A stretch of DNA of 64,000 nucleotides from an uncultured Bacteroides sp. (GCA_964549975.1 CAZJWM010000001.1:146-64145); one strand, 5' to 3'. Shown: positions 42,701 through 52,935, counted from the first letter of the stretch. The notes: generated from the sequence alone by a model not told the origin. Made by a program: numbers and translations.

Positions 42701-44215
42701 GACGTGCTCATCTGCGGCAACTCCGGCGACGAACAGGTGATTGGCACGGTGACCAACTCCGGCGAAACCGGCTGGCGCACATTCACGTTTGCCATCCCCG
42801 ACAGCTATATCGGTCGCGATTGGTGTTACGTGGCTCTGCGTGCCAAGTTTGAAAACGACCCCTATAAGTATGCAATGCTCGGCAGCTACACCGTGAAGCG
42901 CACCGTGGCTCAAGACTTTGGCCTGACCAAAATCAGCGGCTACTCCGACGTGACCATCGGCCGAGAATACACCTACAAGGCTCTGCTGCGAAACCTCGGC
43001 TACGAAACCGTGGCTATGCCGCAACTCAATGCCACATTCTACAGCGAAAACGGCCGCCGATTCACCCTGCCCGTTGAACTCAGCTCTGCCGTTGGCTCCT
43101 CAATTGCCGCCAACGAAGAGGTTACCGCCACAATCACCTTCGAGCCCAACGTTGAGATGGTGGGCGAAGGCGTGCTCACCGTCAACTTCAACCTCGACGA
43201 CCTCGACGCGTCGAACAACACTCTGAGCAAGGACATCGTGGTGAACCGCGACTCCGAACCGCTGGTCACCGACCTCAGCGCCATCTACAATGCCGATGCC
43301 GCTACGGTTGACCTGGAGTGGAGCGAACCCTCGCTGAGCCTGGAAGTGGAGACCTGCGAAGACCTCGATGCAAGCTCCTATGCCGAAACCCTTGGCGTAT
43401 GGAAAAACGTCGACCTCGACAAGGAGATCACCTACGGCACCAAGGCCTTCACCATGACCGGCATGTATGCGCCCAAGGCATGGCAGGTGTTCAGCATCAC
43501 CGAGACCTCCGACGCCGGCTCCGACTTCATGCCTCACAGCGGCGACCAGATGCTCATAGCGTGGAGCGCTCAGACAAGCTCCGGCGACGTTGCCTCCGAC
43601 GACTGGCTGATTTCGCCCGAAGTGCAAGGCGGCAGCGTCGTGCAGTTCTACATGAACATCGTCAACGCTAAATACACTCCCGAAGTGATTGAAGTGCGTG
43701 CTTCCTCCACCGGCAACAACCCCGAGGACTTCACCACCACGGTGGCCACCTTCAGCAAAACCGACCGCGAATGGCAGCTCTGCACCGCCACCCTTCCCAA
43801 GGATGCAAAATACTTTGCAATCCACCACGTGAGTCTCGACAAGTTTGCCGTGCAGATCGACGACATAGCCTACGCTCCGCTTTCGATGGGAGTGTCAATC
43901 CAGGGCTACAACGTCTACGACAACGGCGAGAAGATTGCCACAGTGAGCGACTGCGCTCACCACATCACCGGCATCGAACCGGAGAGCACTCACGCCTACA
44001 ATGTCACCACCGTGGTGAAACTCGCCAACGGCAATGTCATTGAATATGGATTCTCCAACACTGCCTATGTGGGCTACTCGGCTCTGAACGAGATACCCGT
44101 GGAGAGCAACGGCACGGTGCGCATCTACGACCTGCAAGGTCGCCGCATCGACGGCCGCAGCTCGGGCTCCGGCGTCTACATCATCAACGGCACCAAGACC
44201 CGCGCCAAGCTCTAA
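39758..44215 (+). CDS. Paralogous large T9SS-sorted cell-surface protein
   Basis: 1485 aa, collinear with the previous protein (PSAPANVAYDGNSVKWDAV, GKPYSLPMVETF, DDWLISPEVQGGS, AKYFAIHHVSLDKFAVQIDDI). CTD VRIYDLQGRRIDG...GVYIINGTKTRAKL. Only 37 nt separate it from the upstream gene. Confidence 0.85.
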   Translation: MNLRQSVLSAALLLMGGSTILAVDNPVDRAVRPAPRALATAVEIPDWAPGRLLDSGSKAAAQLTSGFTPFASSTIRRISDSGATVSGLRIGASTAADYRLGWYEINTSNGQQTLLWPTELTNKVGFVRDGIYYGFYFMEFWGSYYSNWAAYDVATGAYLNDLKGNYLAYDYSTYVITSTYNASEDMGWIYTFNGDKSGMVFQKVEPTTMEMQPVNENVDITKAAFVWAYYPKDGNVYGITSGGDFGKVNPKTGEIDDAIGSTGLSISTYLQAMVYSPIDRAFMAELILKTGSSVLASIDPLTGVATPITTYENSTQYAVLTCPDEVRDDNAPGVPTFTTLNFDKASLAGSGSATFSSLTFGGAKMTGTVSYTVNIDDQEAATGSGNPGEQVTFNLTTTEGLHEFTFIPWVKSGNSVLEGPSVTLTKYVGNDIPSAPANVAYDGNSVKWDAVTTGANGGYIDATKVTYNVYINDVKQNTSPLTATELAVTMPTGDIAYYTATVEAVCNGKTSEKGASAATKLGDAFALPFTMTPTSDEISLCTLVSGTDGSTYWRESTDYNYDNQVVLCHVANSSTASDDWVFLPKIKFDNAAATYEVTLEMRAGLSSYPEKMEVCIGDAPEASAMKKIASETLTNNTYKDFTYYFEVDAAGEKYIGIHCTSAAGMFYLFLHNVAVKRSVKTLNCPAEVTNLTATAGEKGALKATVAFKMPMYSIGGESLYTFDGNETLTATVTSGTETKTVTGTPGSRQSVEVATAQGDNTITVYATNTTGDGAESTVSVYTGLARPEAVAVTAAASDDNMSLILSWKTPTTGVNGGYIDPTAITYNVWIASDNSWLPLDELAADATSYTYTLPAGTAQQYVRLGLTVSNVAGQSEDLAFASGVIGKPYSLPMVETFANSALAYEPIVAQALDENYGGAWEFEDPAYIESAAANATGTALIGYTNSVNTYARTALPKFSTKDVDKADVTVEFYIADIMPQVDVLICGNSGDEQVIGTVTNSGETGWRTFTFAIPDSYIGRDWCYVALRAKFENDPYKYAMLGSYTVKRTVAQDFGLTKISGYSDVTIGREYTYKALLRNLGYETVAMPQLNATFYSENGRRFTLPVELSSAVGSSIAANEEVTATITFEPNVEMVGEGVLTVNFNLDDLDASNNTLSKDIVVNRDSEPLVTDLSAIYNADAATVDLEWSEPSLSLEVETCEDLDASSYAETLGVWKNVDLDKEITYGTKAFTMTGMYAPKAWQVFSITETSDAGSDFMPHSGDQMLIAWSAQTSSGDVASDDWLISPEVQGGSVVQFYMNIVNAKYTPEVIEVRASSTGNNPEDFTTTVATFSKTDREWQLCTATLPKDAKYFAIHHVSLDKFAVQIDDIAYAPLSMGVSIQGYNVYDNGEKIATVSDCAHHITGIEPESTHAYNVTTVVKLANGNVIEYGFSNTAYVGYSALNEIPVESNGTVRIYDLQGRRIDGRSSGSGVYIINGTKTRAKL

Positions 44216-44241
44216 AGCGAACATCCTCCCCCGACTAACTT

Positions 44242-44276
44242 AAAGGGCGCCTCTGCATCACGCAGAGGCGCCCTTT
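44242..44276. terminator. Bidirectional intrinsic terminator
   Basis: AAAGGGCGCCTCTGC-ATCAC-GCAGAGGCGCCCTTT is a perfect 15-bp stem with A/T flanks, located between convergent operons. Confidence 0.75.
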
Positions 44277-44329
44277 CCTAACTTAATTATTTAATGACAA
44301 GTGCTTTTTCTTAGAAAATTGGTTGCAGA

Positions 44330-45568
44330 TTAATCGCGACGGAAGATGTCGCGGGTGTAGACCTTATCGCTCACGTCGTCGAGACACGCATCATAGCGGT
44401 TTGCAATGATGGCTTGCGATTGGGCCTTGAATTCGTTGAGGTCGTTGACCACACGGCTGCCAAAGAATGTGGAGCCGTCTTCGAGCGTGGGCTCATAGAT
44501 GATCACTTCGGCGCCTTTGGCCTTGATGCGCTTCATCACGCCCTGGATTGACGACTGGCGGAAGTTATCGCTGTTGGCCTTCATGGTCAAACGGTAGACG
44601 CCCACCACGCAGCGGTGTTCCTCCTGCGGATTGAAGTCGCCGCGGTTATAGTAGTCGTAATATCCGGCTTTGTTCAACACGCGGTCGGCAATGAAGTCTT
44701 TGCGGGTGCGATTGCTCTCCACAATGGCCTCAATGAGGTTTTCGGGCACGTCGGCATAGTTGGCAAGGAGCTGCTTGGTGTCTTTGGGCAGGCAGTAGCC
44801 GCCGTAGCCAAACGAGGGGTTATTGTAGTGCATGCCGATGCGGGGATCCAGCGACACGCCCCGGATGATATCCTGAGTGTTGAGGCCCTTCATCTCGGCG
44901 TAGGTGTCGAGTTCGTTGAAGTAGCTCACGCGCAGGGCCAGATAGGTGTTGGCAAAGAGTTTCACTGCCTCGGCCTCGGTCAGGCCCATGAAGAGAGTGT
45001 CGATATTCTCCTTGATGGCGCCCTCTTGGAGCAACTGTGCAAAGGTGCGGGCAGCGCGGTCGAGGCGCTCGTCGCCCTCGGGACGGCCCACGATGATGCG
45101 GCTGGGATAGAGATTGTCGTAGAGCGCTTTGCTCTCGCGGAGAAATTCCGGCGAGAAGATGATATTTTCCGTGTTGAATTTCTTGCGCACGCTCTCTGTG
45201 TAGCCCACTGGGATGGTGCTTTTAATCACCATAATGGCATCGGGGTTGACCGACATCACCAGCTCAATCACCTCTTCCACGTGGCTCGTGTCGAAATAGT
45301 TCTTCACGGGGTCGTAGTTTGTCGGGGCGGCAATCACCACGTATTGAGCGTGGCGATAGGCCTCGGCGCCGTCGAGGGTGGCGCAGAGATTGAGTTGCTT
45401 TTCGGCAAGATATTTTTCGATATATTCGTCTTGGATAGGCGATTGGCGCTTGTTGATGAGGTCAACCTTTGCGGGGATGACGTCAACAGCGGTCACTTCA
45501 TGATGCTGTGCAAGAAGGGTGGCTATGGAAAGCCCTACATAACCGGTGCCGGCTACTGCAATTTTCAT
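44330..45568 (-). CDS. ugd: UDP-glucose 6-dehydrogenase
   Basis: [14 protein letters not shown] Rossmann motif and catalytic-Cys motif [15 protein letters not shown]. 4-nt overlap with the upstream gene. Confidence 0.93.
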   Translation of the reverse strand: MKIAVAGTGYVGLSIATLLAQHHEVTAVDVIPAKVDLINKRQSPIQDEYIEKYLAEKQLNLCATLDGAEAYRHAQYVVIAAPTNYDPVKNYFDTSHVEEVIELVMSVNPDAIMVIKSTIPVGYTESVRKKFNTENIIFSPEFLRESKALYDNLYPSRIIVGRPEGDERLDRAARTFAQLLQEGAIKENIDTLFMGLTEAEAVKLFANTYLALRVSYFNELDTYAEMKGLNTQDIIRGVSLDPRIGMHYNNPSFGYGGYCLPKDTKQLLANYADVPENLIEAIVESNRTRKDFIADRVLNKAGYYDYYNRGDFNPQEEHRCVVGVYRLTMKANSDNFRQSSIQGVMKRIKAKGAEVIIYEPTLEDGSTFFGSRVVNDLNEFKAQSQAIIANRYDACLDDVSDKVYTRDIFRRD

Positions 45569-47517
45569 TCTTTTACGTCGTAGATTTCGTAGGGTGAATT
45601 TTTGGATTTGAATTCCGGCACTGTGGCCTTCATCAGGCGCACCATGTCGGGCACGTCAACGTTGTCGGCGAAGCTGCGCAGACCGTCCACCACGTTGCAA
45701 GCTTCGGCATAGTCGTAGTTGCGCACCTTTGCGATGAAGATGCTGGAGTGGTCGGTGGGGATGGTGTTCTCCTTGGTGGCGAGCACCTCTTCGTAGAGTT
45801 TTTCGCCGGGACGCAGACCGGTGTATTTGATTTCGATGTCTTCGCCGAGTTTCAGTCCGGCGAGTTTCACCATCTGTTCGGCCAGATAGGCAATCTTGAT
45901 GGGTTTGCCCATGTCGAACACGCATATTTCGTTGCCGTTGGAGATTGTGGCCGCTTCCATCACCAGGCGGCAGGCCTCGGGGATGGACATGAAATAGCGC
46001 ACAATGTCGGGGTGAGTCACTGTGATGGGGCCGCCTGCGGCAATCTGTGCATTGAAGTGAGGTATCACGGAGCCGTTGGAGCCGAGCACGTTGCCGAAGC
46101 GGGTGGTCACATATTTTGTGGAGCCTTTGATTTTGCCTTCGGCCACGGCCAAACCGAGCGACTGCACGTAGATTTCGGCCAGACGCTTGGTGCAACCCAT
46201 GATGTTGGTGGGGTTAACGGCCTTGTCTGTGGAGATCATCACCATCTTTTCAACACCGTATTCCAGACATTTATCGGCCACGTTGCGCGAACCAAACACG
46301 TTGACCAACACGGCCTCGCAGGGGTTGTCTTCCATCATGGGCACGTGCTTATAGGCAGCGGCGTGGAACACCACCTGCGGCTGATATTCGCGGAAGATGT
46401 AGTCCAAGCGCGTCTGTTGGCGCACATCGCCAATCACGGGCACAAAGTCCAAGCTGGGGAATTTCTCCTGAAATTCGAGCTTCACGTTGTGGAGCGGGGT
46501 CTCGGCGTTGTCCATCATCACGAGTTTGCGGATGCCGAAGGTGGCCAACTGGCGGCAGAGCTCCGAACCGATGGAGCCGGCGGCGCCGGTCACCAGGATG
46601 GTTTTGCCCTTGAAGTTGGCAATGATTTCGTCCATGGAAATCTTGATTTCCGGACGGCCAAGCAGGTCTTCTATCTTGATTTTGCGGATGGCGCGGTCGG
46701 GCAATTGGCCGTCGACGAGGCGGTCGATTGTGGGCGCGATATACATCTCGCAGTTGGCGTTGTTGCAATAGGTCATCAGGCGTTCGCGCTCCTTCTTGGT
46801 GTCGGAGGTGCGGGCAAAGAGCACTGCGCTGGCGCCGGAGCGCTGCAGGGCATTGCTCACGTCGATGTTGTCGGCAAAGGAATAGATGCGGAGGCCGCAA
46901 ATCTTGTGGTCCGACATTTTGCGGTCGTCGGTGATGAAGCCGCGCACTGAGTAGTGGGGCGACTTCTGCAGGCGTGATACCAGGGCCACCGATTTGTCGT
47001 CGGTGCCATACACGAGCACGCACTTGCGATGGGAGTTCTCGTTAATGGTGCGAACCACCAGGTCGTAGCCCAACACCAAGGCCACTCTCACCAACACGAG
47101 CAGGGAGATGGTGACGGGCAGGTCGGCAATCACCATGCCGGAGAGCATCGTCAAGCTGCGGCCGTCGGAGTTGAAGAGCAGCAGGAAAATCAGCAGCAGA
47201 ATCTCCTTACCGAAACCGGTGCAGGCCAGCGGCAGGAGTTCCTTCAGAGTGGCATAACGAATCACAGAGCGATAGGAGCGCGACCACACCACCATGATTA
47301 AGCTGCAAATCAGCGAGCCGGTAAACCACTCGCAGATGAATCCGCCGCCGAAGGGGATTTGCGGCAACACCAAATTGATAATAAACAATGTAATCGCCGA
47401 AGCAATAAACGCAGTGAAGACGTCGAGAGCAAACACCAAACGCGTCCTAACGTAGGTGGTCAGGCTTCGATTGTGGGCAAATCTCTTGACGAACTTCTTT
47501 AACATTCTTTCAAACAT
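45565..47517 (-). CDS. Membrane-anchored NDP-sugar 4,6-dehydratase/epimerase (CapD/WbpM/PglF family)
   Basis: 650 aa with N-terminal TM segments, [14 protein letters not shown], and a short-chain dehydrogenase core (AAYKHVP). Confidence 0.9.
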   Translation of the reverse strand: MFERMLKKFVKRFAHNRSLTTYVRTRLVFALDVFTAFIASAITLFIINLVLPQIPFGGGFICEWFTGSLICSLIMVVWSRSYRSVIRYATLKELLPLACTGFGKEILLLIFLLLFNSDGRSLTMLSGMVIADLPVTISLLVLVRVALVLGYDLVVRTINENSHRKCVLVYGTDDKSVALVSRLQKSPHYSVRGFITDDRKMSDHKICGLRIYSFADNIDVSNALQRSGASAVLFARTSDTKKERERLMTYCNNANCEMYIAPTIDRLVDGQLPDRAIRKIKIEDLLGRPEIKISMDEIIANFKGKTILVTGAAGSIGSELCRQLATFGIRKLVMMDNAETPLHNVKLEFQEKFPSLDFVPVIGDVRQQTRLDYIFREYQPQVVFHAAAYKHVPMMEDNPCEAVLVNVFGSRNVADKCLEYGVEKMVMISTDKAVNPTNIMGCTKRLAEIYVQSLGLAVAEGKIKGSTKYVTTRFGNVLGSNGSVIPHFNAQIAAGGPITVTHPDIVRYFMSIPEACRLVMEAATISNGNEICVFDMGKPIKIAYLAEQMVKLAGLKLGEDIEIKYTGLRPGEKLYEEVLATKENTIPTDHSSIFIAKVRNYDYAEACNVVDGLRSFADNVDVPDMVRLMKATVPEFKSKNSPYEIYDVKE

Positions 47518-48048
47518 AAGGCTAATGTGTAAACGGCGCCGGCCACGGTGGACGACGTAACTACGTTATTAATTGTATGTAACGAGACTCTTGTCATTGT
47601 AGATTCCAAAAAGCACACAAATCGGTCACCAAGGTCACAAAGCGGCAGTCTTTCACCAGCCACGCCAAAAGAGCCAAGTCCAAGGAGATTGGCCAAACGC
47701 ACTGATAATATGTTGTTTGACTTGGCAAACATTCTATAACTGCACACTTTTTTCTGTAAGTTTACGACCCGAAGGGACTACTTTTGCAGTAACCTAAGCG
47801 TCGGTTTCTTTACGTTGTATAGGTAACCTTTTGATATGCCACAAAGGTAAACATTTTTTTTCAAACCACAATTAAATTTCATACCAAAATGAACGTTTCG
47901 ACAACAATTTTCCAATTTGATGCAACTTTTCTTCACATTCTGTCGGATTCCTCCAACCTTTCGCACCAAATTTCCACTGATAGCCAACCATCAACAAGCG
48001 TTTCGCAAATTTCAACTCTTTTCGCTTGTAACTTTAAGGAAAAAACCG

Positions 48049-48056
48049 TAATTTTG
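48049..48056 (+). promoter_or_regulatory. Candidate -7 promoter element for parAB
   Basis: TAATTTTG lies 20 nt upstream of the ATG at 48077. Confidence 0.5.
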
Positions 48057-48076
48057 TGGTCTATAAACATGACGTC

Positions 48077-48877
48077 ATGGGAAAAATCATTGCCATAGCA
48101 AACCAAAAAGGCGGTGTGGGTAAGACCACTACCACCATCAACTTGGCAGCTTCACTTGCCACCGAGGGTAAGAAAGTGCTGATTGTCGACGCCGACCCAC
48201 AGGCCAACGCCACTTCGGGTTACGGCATCGACGTGCGCAACTTGTCGTCGTCGATCTACGAATGTCTGGTTGACGAATACCCCGTGGCAGGATCGCAAGT
48301 GGCGACCTGCATCGACGGCTTGGACCTCATTGGCTCACGCATCGACCTGGCCGGCGCCGAACTGGAGCTTGTCAACAAACCCGAAAGAGAATCCGTGATG
48401 AAACGCGCACTCCAATCGGTGAAAGACACATACGACTACGTGCTCATCGACTGCTCCCCCTCGCTGGGACTTATCACCGTCAACGCCCTCACCGCCGCCG
48501 ACTCCGTGATCATCCCCGTGCAGGCGGAATATTTCGCACTCGAGGGCATCAGCAAACTGCTCAACACCATTCGCATCATCAAGTCGAAACTCAACCCCGC
48601 GCTCGAGATTGAGGGCTTCTTGCTCACCATGTATGACGCACGTCTTCGCCTTGCCAATCAAATCTACGAAGAGCTGAAAGGCCACTTCGGCGACATGGTG
48701 TTCGACTCCGTGATTCCGCGCAACATCCGTCTGAGCGAAGCTCCGAGCCACGGCATACCGGCCATTGTCTACGATGCCACATCGCGCGGCGCCACAAGCC
48801 ATCAGCAGCTCGCCCGCGAGATCATTCGCAAGCATCGCTCATCGGCCTCTCACGCGCACGCACACGCAAATCCTTAA
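48077..48877 (+). CDS. parA: Chromosome partitioning ATPase ParA/Soj
   Basis: MGKIIAIANQKGGVGKTTT deviant Walker A. Start trimmed to this Met. Confidence 0.93.
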   Translation: MGKIIAIANQKGGVGKTTTTINLAASLATEGKKVLIVDADPQANATSGYGIDVRNLSSSIYECLVDEYPVAGSQVATCIDGLDLIGSRIDLAGAELELVNKPERESVMKRALQSVKDTYDYVLIDCSPSLGLITVNALTAADSVIIPVQAEYFALEGISKLLNTIRIIKSKLNPALEIEGFLLTMYDARLRLANQIYEELKGHFGDMVFDSVIPRNIRLSEAPSHGIPAIVYDATSRGATSHQQLAREIIRKHRSSASHAHAHANP

Positions 48878-48916
48878 ATCTCACTTTTCGTTAACATCTA
48901 AAGCCAATTCAACATT

Positions 48917-49804
48917 ATGTCAATCAAGCGCAATGCATTGGGTAGAGGTCTGGACTCGCTCATACCGATGGACGACACCCCCGCTTCAGGCTCGTCGGCC
49001 ATCAACGACATCCCTCTGGATCAAATCCAGCCCAACCCCGACCAACCGCGTACCACCTTCGACGAGGAAGCCCTCGCCGAACTCGCCTCGTCGATACGCG
49101 AACTGGGCATCATCCAGCCTCTGTCGCTCCGCAAACTCGGCCCGTCGAGCTATCAAATCATAGCCGGCGAACGCCGCTTCCGCGCAGCCAAAATGGCCGG
49201 GCTCACATCCGTGCCCGCCTACATACGCACGGCCCGCGACTCGGAGCTCACCGAGATGGCCCTTATCGAAAATATTCAGCGCGAAGACCTCAACGCCATC
49301 GAAATTGCGTTGACCTTCCGCAAACTCATTGAACAATATTCACTCACACAGGAACGCCTGAGCGAACGCATCGGCAAGAAACGCGCCACCATCGCCAACT
49401 TCCTGCGCCTGCTGCGCCTGCCCGCAGAAGTGCAGCTGGGCCTGCGCGACAAACGCCTCGACATGGGTCACGCCCGCGCGCTGCTCACCATCGAAAACCC
49501 CAAACTGCAACTTCGCCTCTACAGCGAAATCCTCAAACAGGGGCTGACGGTGCGCCGCGTCGAAGAGTTGGCCAAGAAATATCGCGACATGACCCCCGAA
49601 GAACTCGAGGGCAACAAAAAGCCGAAGCAAAACGCCGCCGGCGGCGAATTCGACATTCTGCGCCGCCACCTCTCCGCCGCCTTCCACACCACGGTGCAGT
49701 TTAGCTGCGCCAAAGATGGCCGCGGCAAAATCTCATTCCCGTTCCGCAACGAGCAAGAGCTCGAAAAACTCATAGCACTGTTTGACACTATCAAAGAGAA
49801 ATAA
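48917..49804 (+). CDS. parB: Chromosome partitioning protein ParB/Spo0J
   Basis: NPDQPRTTFDEEAL...IIAGERRFRAAKMAG and an HTH region (LTQERLSERIGKKRATIANFLRLL). Confidence 0.93.
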   Translation: MSIKRNALGRGLDSLIPMDDTPASGSSAINDIPLDQIQPNPDQPRTTFDEEALAELASSIRELGIIQPLSLRKLGPSSYQIIAGERRFRAAKMAGLTSVPAYIRTARDSELTEMALIENIQREDLNAIEIALTFRKLIEQYSLTQERLSERIGKKRATIANFLRLLRLPAEVQLGLRDKRLDMGHARALLTIENPKLQLRLYSEILKQGLTVRRVEELAKKYRDMTPEELEGNKKPKQNAAGGEFDILRRHLSAAFHTTVQFSCAKDGRGKISFPFRNEQELEKLIALFDTIKEK

Positions 49805-50474
49805 ATCACTTCTGTGCTCAGCATTGCTGGCCCTGATGTGTGCCGCTCCCGCCCGCGCGCAGGAACCGACAGACACATTGGAGGCCGCTATCGCTGCGCC
49901 CATAGAGGTGGATTCGGCATTTCTCGTCACCGACACCACCACGGTGGCGCTGCCCGTGGCAGCCGAAGCCGTGCGCGTGTTCAACCCCGACCCCACCCGC
50001 GCCGTGTGGCTCTCGGCCCTATGCCCGGGGTTGGGTCAACTCTACAATCGCCGCTACTGGAAACTGCCCATTGTGGTGGGCGCATACATGGGCTTGGCCT
50101 ACGCCACATCGTGGAACAACACCATGCTCAAGGACTACACCAAAGCCTATCGCGACTTGGTGGACTCCGACCCCGACACCAAAAGCTACATGGACTTCTT
50201 CCCGTCGACCACCGACGAGTCGAGTCTCGATGCCTCCTGGCTCAAAAGCATTTTCAGTTCGCGCAGAAACTATTTTCGCCGCAATCGCGACCTCTGCATC
50301 ATATCGATGGTGGGCGTGTATCTGCTGGCGATTGTCGACGCCTACGTCGACGCATCATTGGCCCACTTCGACATCTCTCCCGACCTGACTGTGGACTGGG
50401 CGCCCATGGTGATCCCATCCGACCTGCGCACCTCCCGACCGTCGTTGGGCGTGCAATGGGCGCTAACCTTCTAA
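49782..50474 (+). CDS. DUF5683-like membrane/secreted protein
   Basis: Signal peptide MTLSKRNKSLLCSALLALMCAAPARA and motif SALCPGLGQLYNRRYWKLPIV. Overlaps the parB 3' end by 23 nt, so the start is uncertain. Confidence 0.7.
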   Translation: MTLSKRNKSLLCSALLALMCAAPARAQEPTDTLEAAIAAPIEVDSAFLVTDTTTVALPVAAEAVRVFNPDPTRAVWLSALCPGLGQLYNRRYWKLPIVVGAYMGLAYATSWNNTMLKDYTKAYRDLVDSDPDTKSYMDFFPSTTDESSLDASWLKSIFSSRRNYFRRNRDLCIISMVGVYLLAIVDAYVDASLAHFDISPDLTVDWAPMVIPSDLRTSRPSLGVQWALTF

Positions 50475-50516
50475 CCGACATTCATTACTCACCCTATCCT
50501 CTTCGACAATATAAGC

Positions 50517-52178
50517 ATGTTTCGAAAACTTACAATATTCGCCACTATAGCCTTGAGCGGTTTCTCGGCGGCACAGGCACGCAGCGTGCTCGATGTGCAC
50601 CACGAGATCACCGACACGGCAATCGTCTTCCCCGAAAGCGTGCAAACAGACGTGCACCGCATGCAACAAAACTGGTATCTGCGCAACTTCACCGACCTGA
50701 GCTCACCGCTTAGCAACGTCCCCACGGTGAGCGACGCCGTGATGGCCAAGCGACTGATGCAACTCCCCACCACCATCGACATGCCCTTCAACTCGGTGGT
50801 GCGTTCCCACATCGACCTCTACGTGAATCGCCGCCGCCAGCTGGTGGAGACGATGCTCGGCATGAGCCTCTATTATATGCCCATCTTCGAGGAAGCTCTC
50901 GAACGCGAAGGCCTCCCCTTGGAGCTGCGCTATCTGCCCGTGATCGAATCGGCGCTGAACCCCGACGCGGTGAGCCGCGCCGGCGCCACCGGCCTCTGGC
51001 AATTCATGCTCCAAACGGCCAAAGGTCTGGGCATGGAAATCAGCACTCTGGTTGACGAACGCCGCGACCCGCTGGTGTCGTCGCAGATGGCCGCAAAATA
51101 TCTGAAACAGCTCTACGAAATCTACCACAACTGGAGTTTGGCCATAGCCGCCTACAACTGCGGCCCCGGCAACATCAACAAGGCGCTGCTGCGCGCAGGA
51201 GCCTCCGAGAAAAATCCTAAAGATTTCTGGGATATCTACTATTATCTGCCGCAGGAAACCCGCGGCTACTTCCCCGGATTCATCGCCGCAACCTACGCGA
51301 TGAACTATTACGACAAACATGGCATCAGCCCCGCGCTGGCGCGTCGTCCCATACTCACCGACACCGTCCACGTGCACAATCGTCTGGACTTCAACAGCAT
51401 CTCGTCGGTCATCGACGTGCCCATCGAGGAGCTGCGCACCCTCAACCCGCAATATCGCCAAGACGTGATTCCCGGCGACATCAAGCCCTACGCGCTGCGT
51501 CTGCCCTCGCATCAAATCTACTCCTACCTGATGAGCGAAGACACCATCGTGGCCCGCTCTCTGGCTGCATCGCCCCGCCGTCTGACCGCCGAAATCGGTG
51601 GCCCGGCAACGGCTGACGCCGGCGGCGACGACGGCACCGTCACGGAGACGCGCACCGTGGAGAGCGTGAAGTGGCACACGGTGAAACGCGGCGAAACTCT
51701 CGCACAAATTGCTCGCAAATATGGCGTCAGCGTCAACGAGATGAAGCGCTGGAACTCGCTGAAGTCCACCAAGGTGCGTCGCAATCAGAAACTGAAGATT
51801 GTCACCACCCAACGCGTCACCGTCAGCAAGCCCAAGGCCGCGGCTCCCAAGAACGCCCCCGACACCTCATCGGCCGTAGCCGTCTGTCCGCCTGACGCCG
51901 GCGACACCGCTGCAACCGTCCCGGCCAAACCTCAAGCCAAGGAGCAGCCCAAGGAACAAGCCAAAGAGCAGCCCAAGACCAAGGAGAAAAAGGCCAAAGA
52001 GGAAACCAAAAAGAAGGAGCCTGCCACCAAGTCATACACCGTGCGCAAAGGCGACACCCTCTGGAAAATTTCGCAAGCCAACGGCACAACCGTCGACGAA
52101 CTCATCAAGCTCAACAAGCTGAAAAAGGGCGCCGACATCAAGGTGGGTCAAACCATCCAAGTGCCCCGCAAAAAGTAA
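50517..52178 (+). CDS. Lytic murein transglycosylase (MltD-like) with two LysM domains
   Basis: SLT motif LPVIESALNPDAVSRAGATGLWQFM. LysM repeats HTVKRGETLAQIARKYGVSVNEMKRWN and YTVRKGDTLWKISQANGTTVDELIKLN are separated by a Lys/Glu/Pro-rich linker. Confidence 0.88.
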   Translation: MFRKLTIFATIALSGFSAAQARSVLDVHHEITDTAIVFPESVQTDVHRMQQNWYLRNFTDLSSPLSNVPTVSDAVMAKRLMQLPTTIDMPFNSVVRSHIDLYVNRRRQLVETMLGMSLYYMPIFEEALEREGLPLELRYLPVIESALNPDAVSRAGATGLWQFMLQTAKGLGMEISTLVDERRDPLVSSQMAAKYLKQLYEIYHNWSLAIAAYNCGPGNINKALLRAGASEKNPKDFWDIYYYLPQETRGYFPGFIAATYAMNYYDKHGISPALARRPILTDTVHVHNRLDFNSISSVIDVPIEELRTLNPQYRQDVIPGDIKPYALRLPSHQIYSYLMSEDTIVARSLAASPRRLTAEIGGPATADAGGDDGTVTETRTVESVKWHTVKRGETLAQIARKYGVSVNEMKRWNSLKSTKVRRNQKLKIVTTQRVTVSKPKAAAPKNAPDTSSAVAVCPPDAGDTAATVPAKPQAKEQPKEQAKEQPKTKEKKAKEETKKKEPATKSYTVRKGDTLWKISQANGTTVDELIKLNKLKKGADIKVGQTIQVPRKK

Positions 52179-52212
52179 TATCAACAACCCTTAAACCATA
52201 ACTTTTCAACGT

Positions 52213-52839
52213 ATGAAAAAGACTATTTCTCGCCTCGTGCTCGCAATAGCACTGGCCGTCGGCACCGTAGCTCCCGCTGCTGCCAAAATCGTGTCGTTCG
52301 GCCCGAAGGTCGGCGTGGCAATCAACAAGTTCTCAATCAGCCAGGATGCCTTCAGCGCCGACAATCGCGTGGGCTTCACCGGTGGTCTCACTGCCGACAT
52401 CACCCTGCCCGTCGTTGGTCTGGGCTTCGACGTATCGGCCATGTACGTGCGCCGCTCGGCCGACATTCTCGAAGAAGTTGAAGGCAGCACCGACCCCATA
52501 TCCAAGACCGTGCACAACGACTTCATCGACGTGCCCGTCCACGTGAAATGGAAATTCGGTCTGCCCATCATCGGCAACGCCGTAACCCCCTACATCTTCA
52601 CCGGCCCCGACTTCGCATTCCGTGCCGGCAAATCCACAGTCGACGACATCAAGTCGAAGACCACCGACGTGAGCTGGGACTTCGGCGTAGGCGTGCAGCT
52701 GATGAACCACGTGCAAATCGGTGCCAGCTATGGACTGGGCCTCACCAAAGCCATCAAGACCGTGAGCTCCGACAACAACCTCACATCCTTCGAAGGCCGC
52801 ACCAACTGCTGGACCATCACCGCTGCCTACCTCTTCTAA
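52213..52839 (+). CDS. Outer-membrane beta-barrel protein (porin-family-like)
   Basis: Signal peptide, alternating beta-strand pattern, aromatic C-terminus ...WTITAAYLF. Confidence 0.7.
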   Translation: MKKTISRLVLAIALAVGTVAPAAAKIVSFGPKVGVAINKFSISQDAFSADNRVGFTGGLTADITLPVVGLGFDVSAMYVRRSADILEEVEGSTDPISKTVHNDFIDVPVHVKWKFGLPIIGNAVTPYIFTGPDFAFRAGKSTVDDIKSKTTDVSWDFGVGVQLMNHVQIGASYGLGLTKAIKTVSSDNNLTSFEGRTNCWTITAAYLF

Positions 52840-52864
52840 GCTCTGACTCAACCATCTTCAGCAC

Positions 52865-52898
52865 AGCCCCGAGCGCTCGCGCCCGGGGCTTTCATTTT
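52865..52898 (+). terminator. Intrinsic terminator after the OMP gene
   Basis: AGCCCCG...CGGGGCT stem followed by TTCATTTT. Confidence 0.55.
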
Positions 52899-52935
52899 CC
52901 TCACGCGCGCACGCGAAGTTTTCAAATATTTTTCG

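Noticed and set aside
47778-47987. 69-aa minus-strand ORF in the long intergenic gap
   Set aside because: Lys/Asn/Cys-rich AT-driven translation with no promoter or start context and no recognisable motif.
47518-49804. Canonical parS site (TGTTNCACGTGAAACA) near parAB
   Set aside because: I found no match or close variant by eye in the upstream gap or within parB. parS may lie elsewhere or differ in this lineage.
49814-50713. 299-aa alternate-frame ORF overlapping the DUF5683 gene, and the 5593-6177 ORF overlapping the GT2 gene
   Set aside because: Arg/Pro/His-rich alternate-frame artefacts of GC-rich coding sequence. The overlapping frames carry the recognisable motifs.
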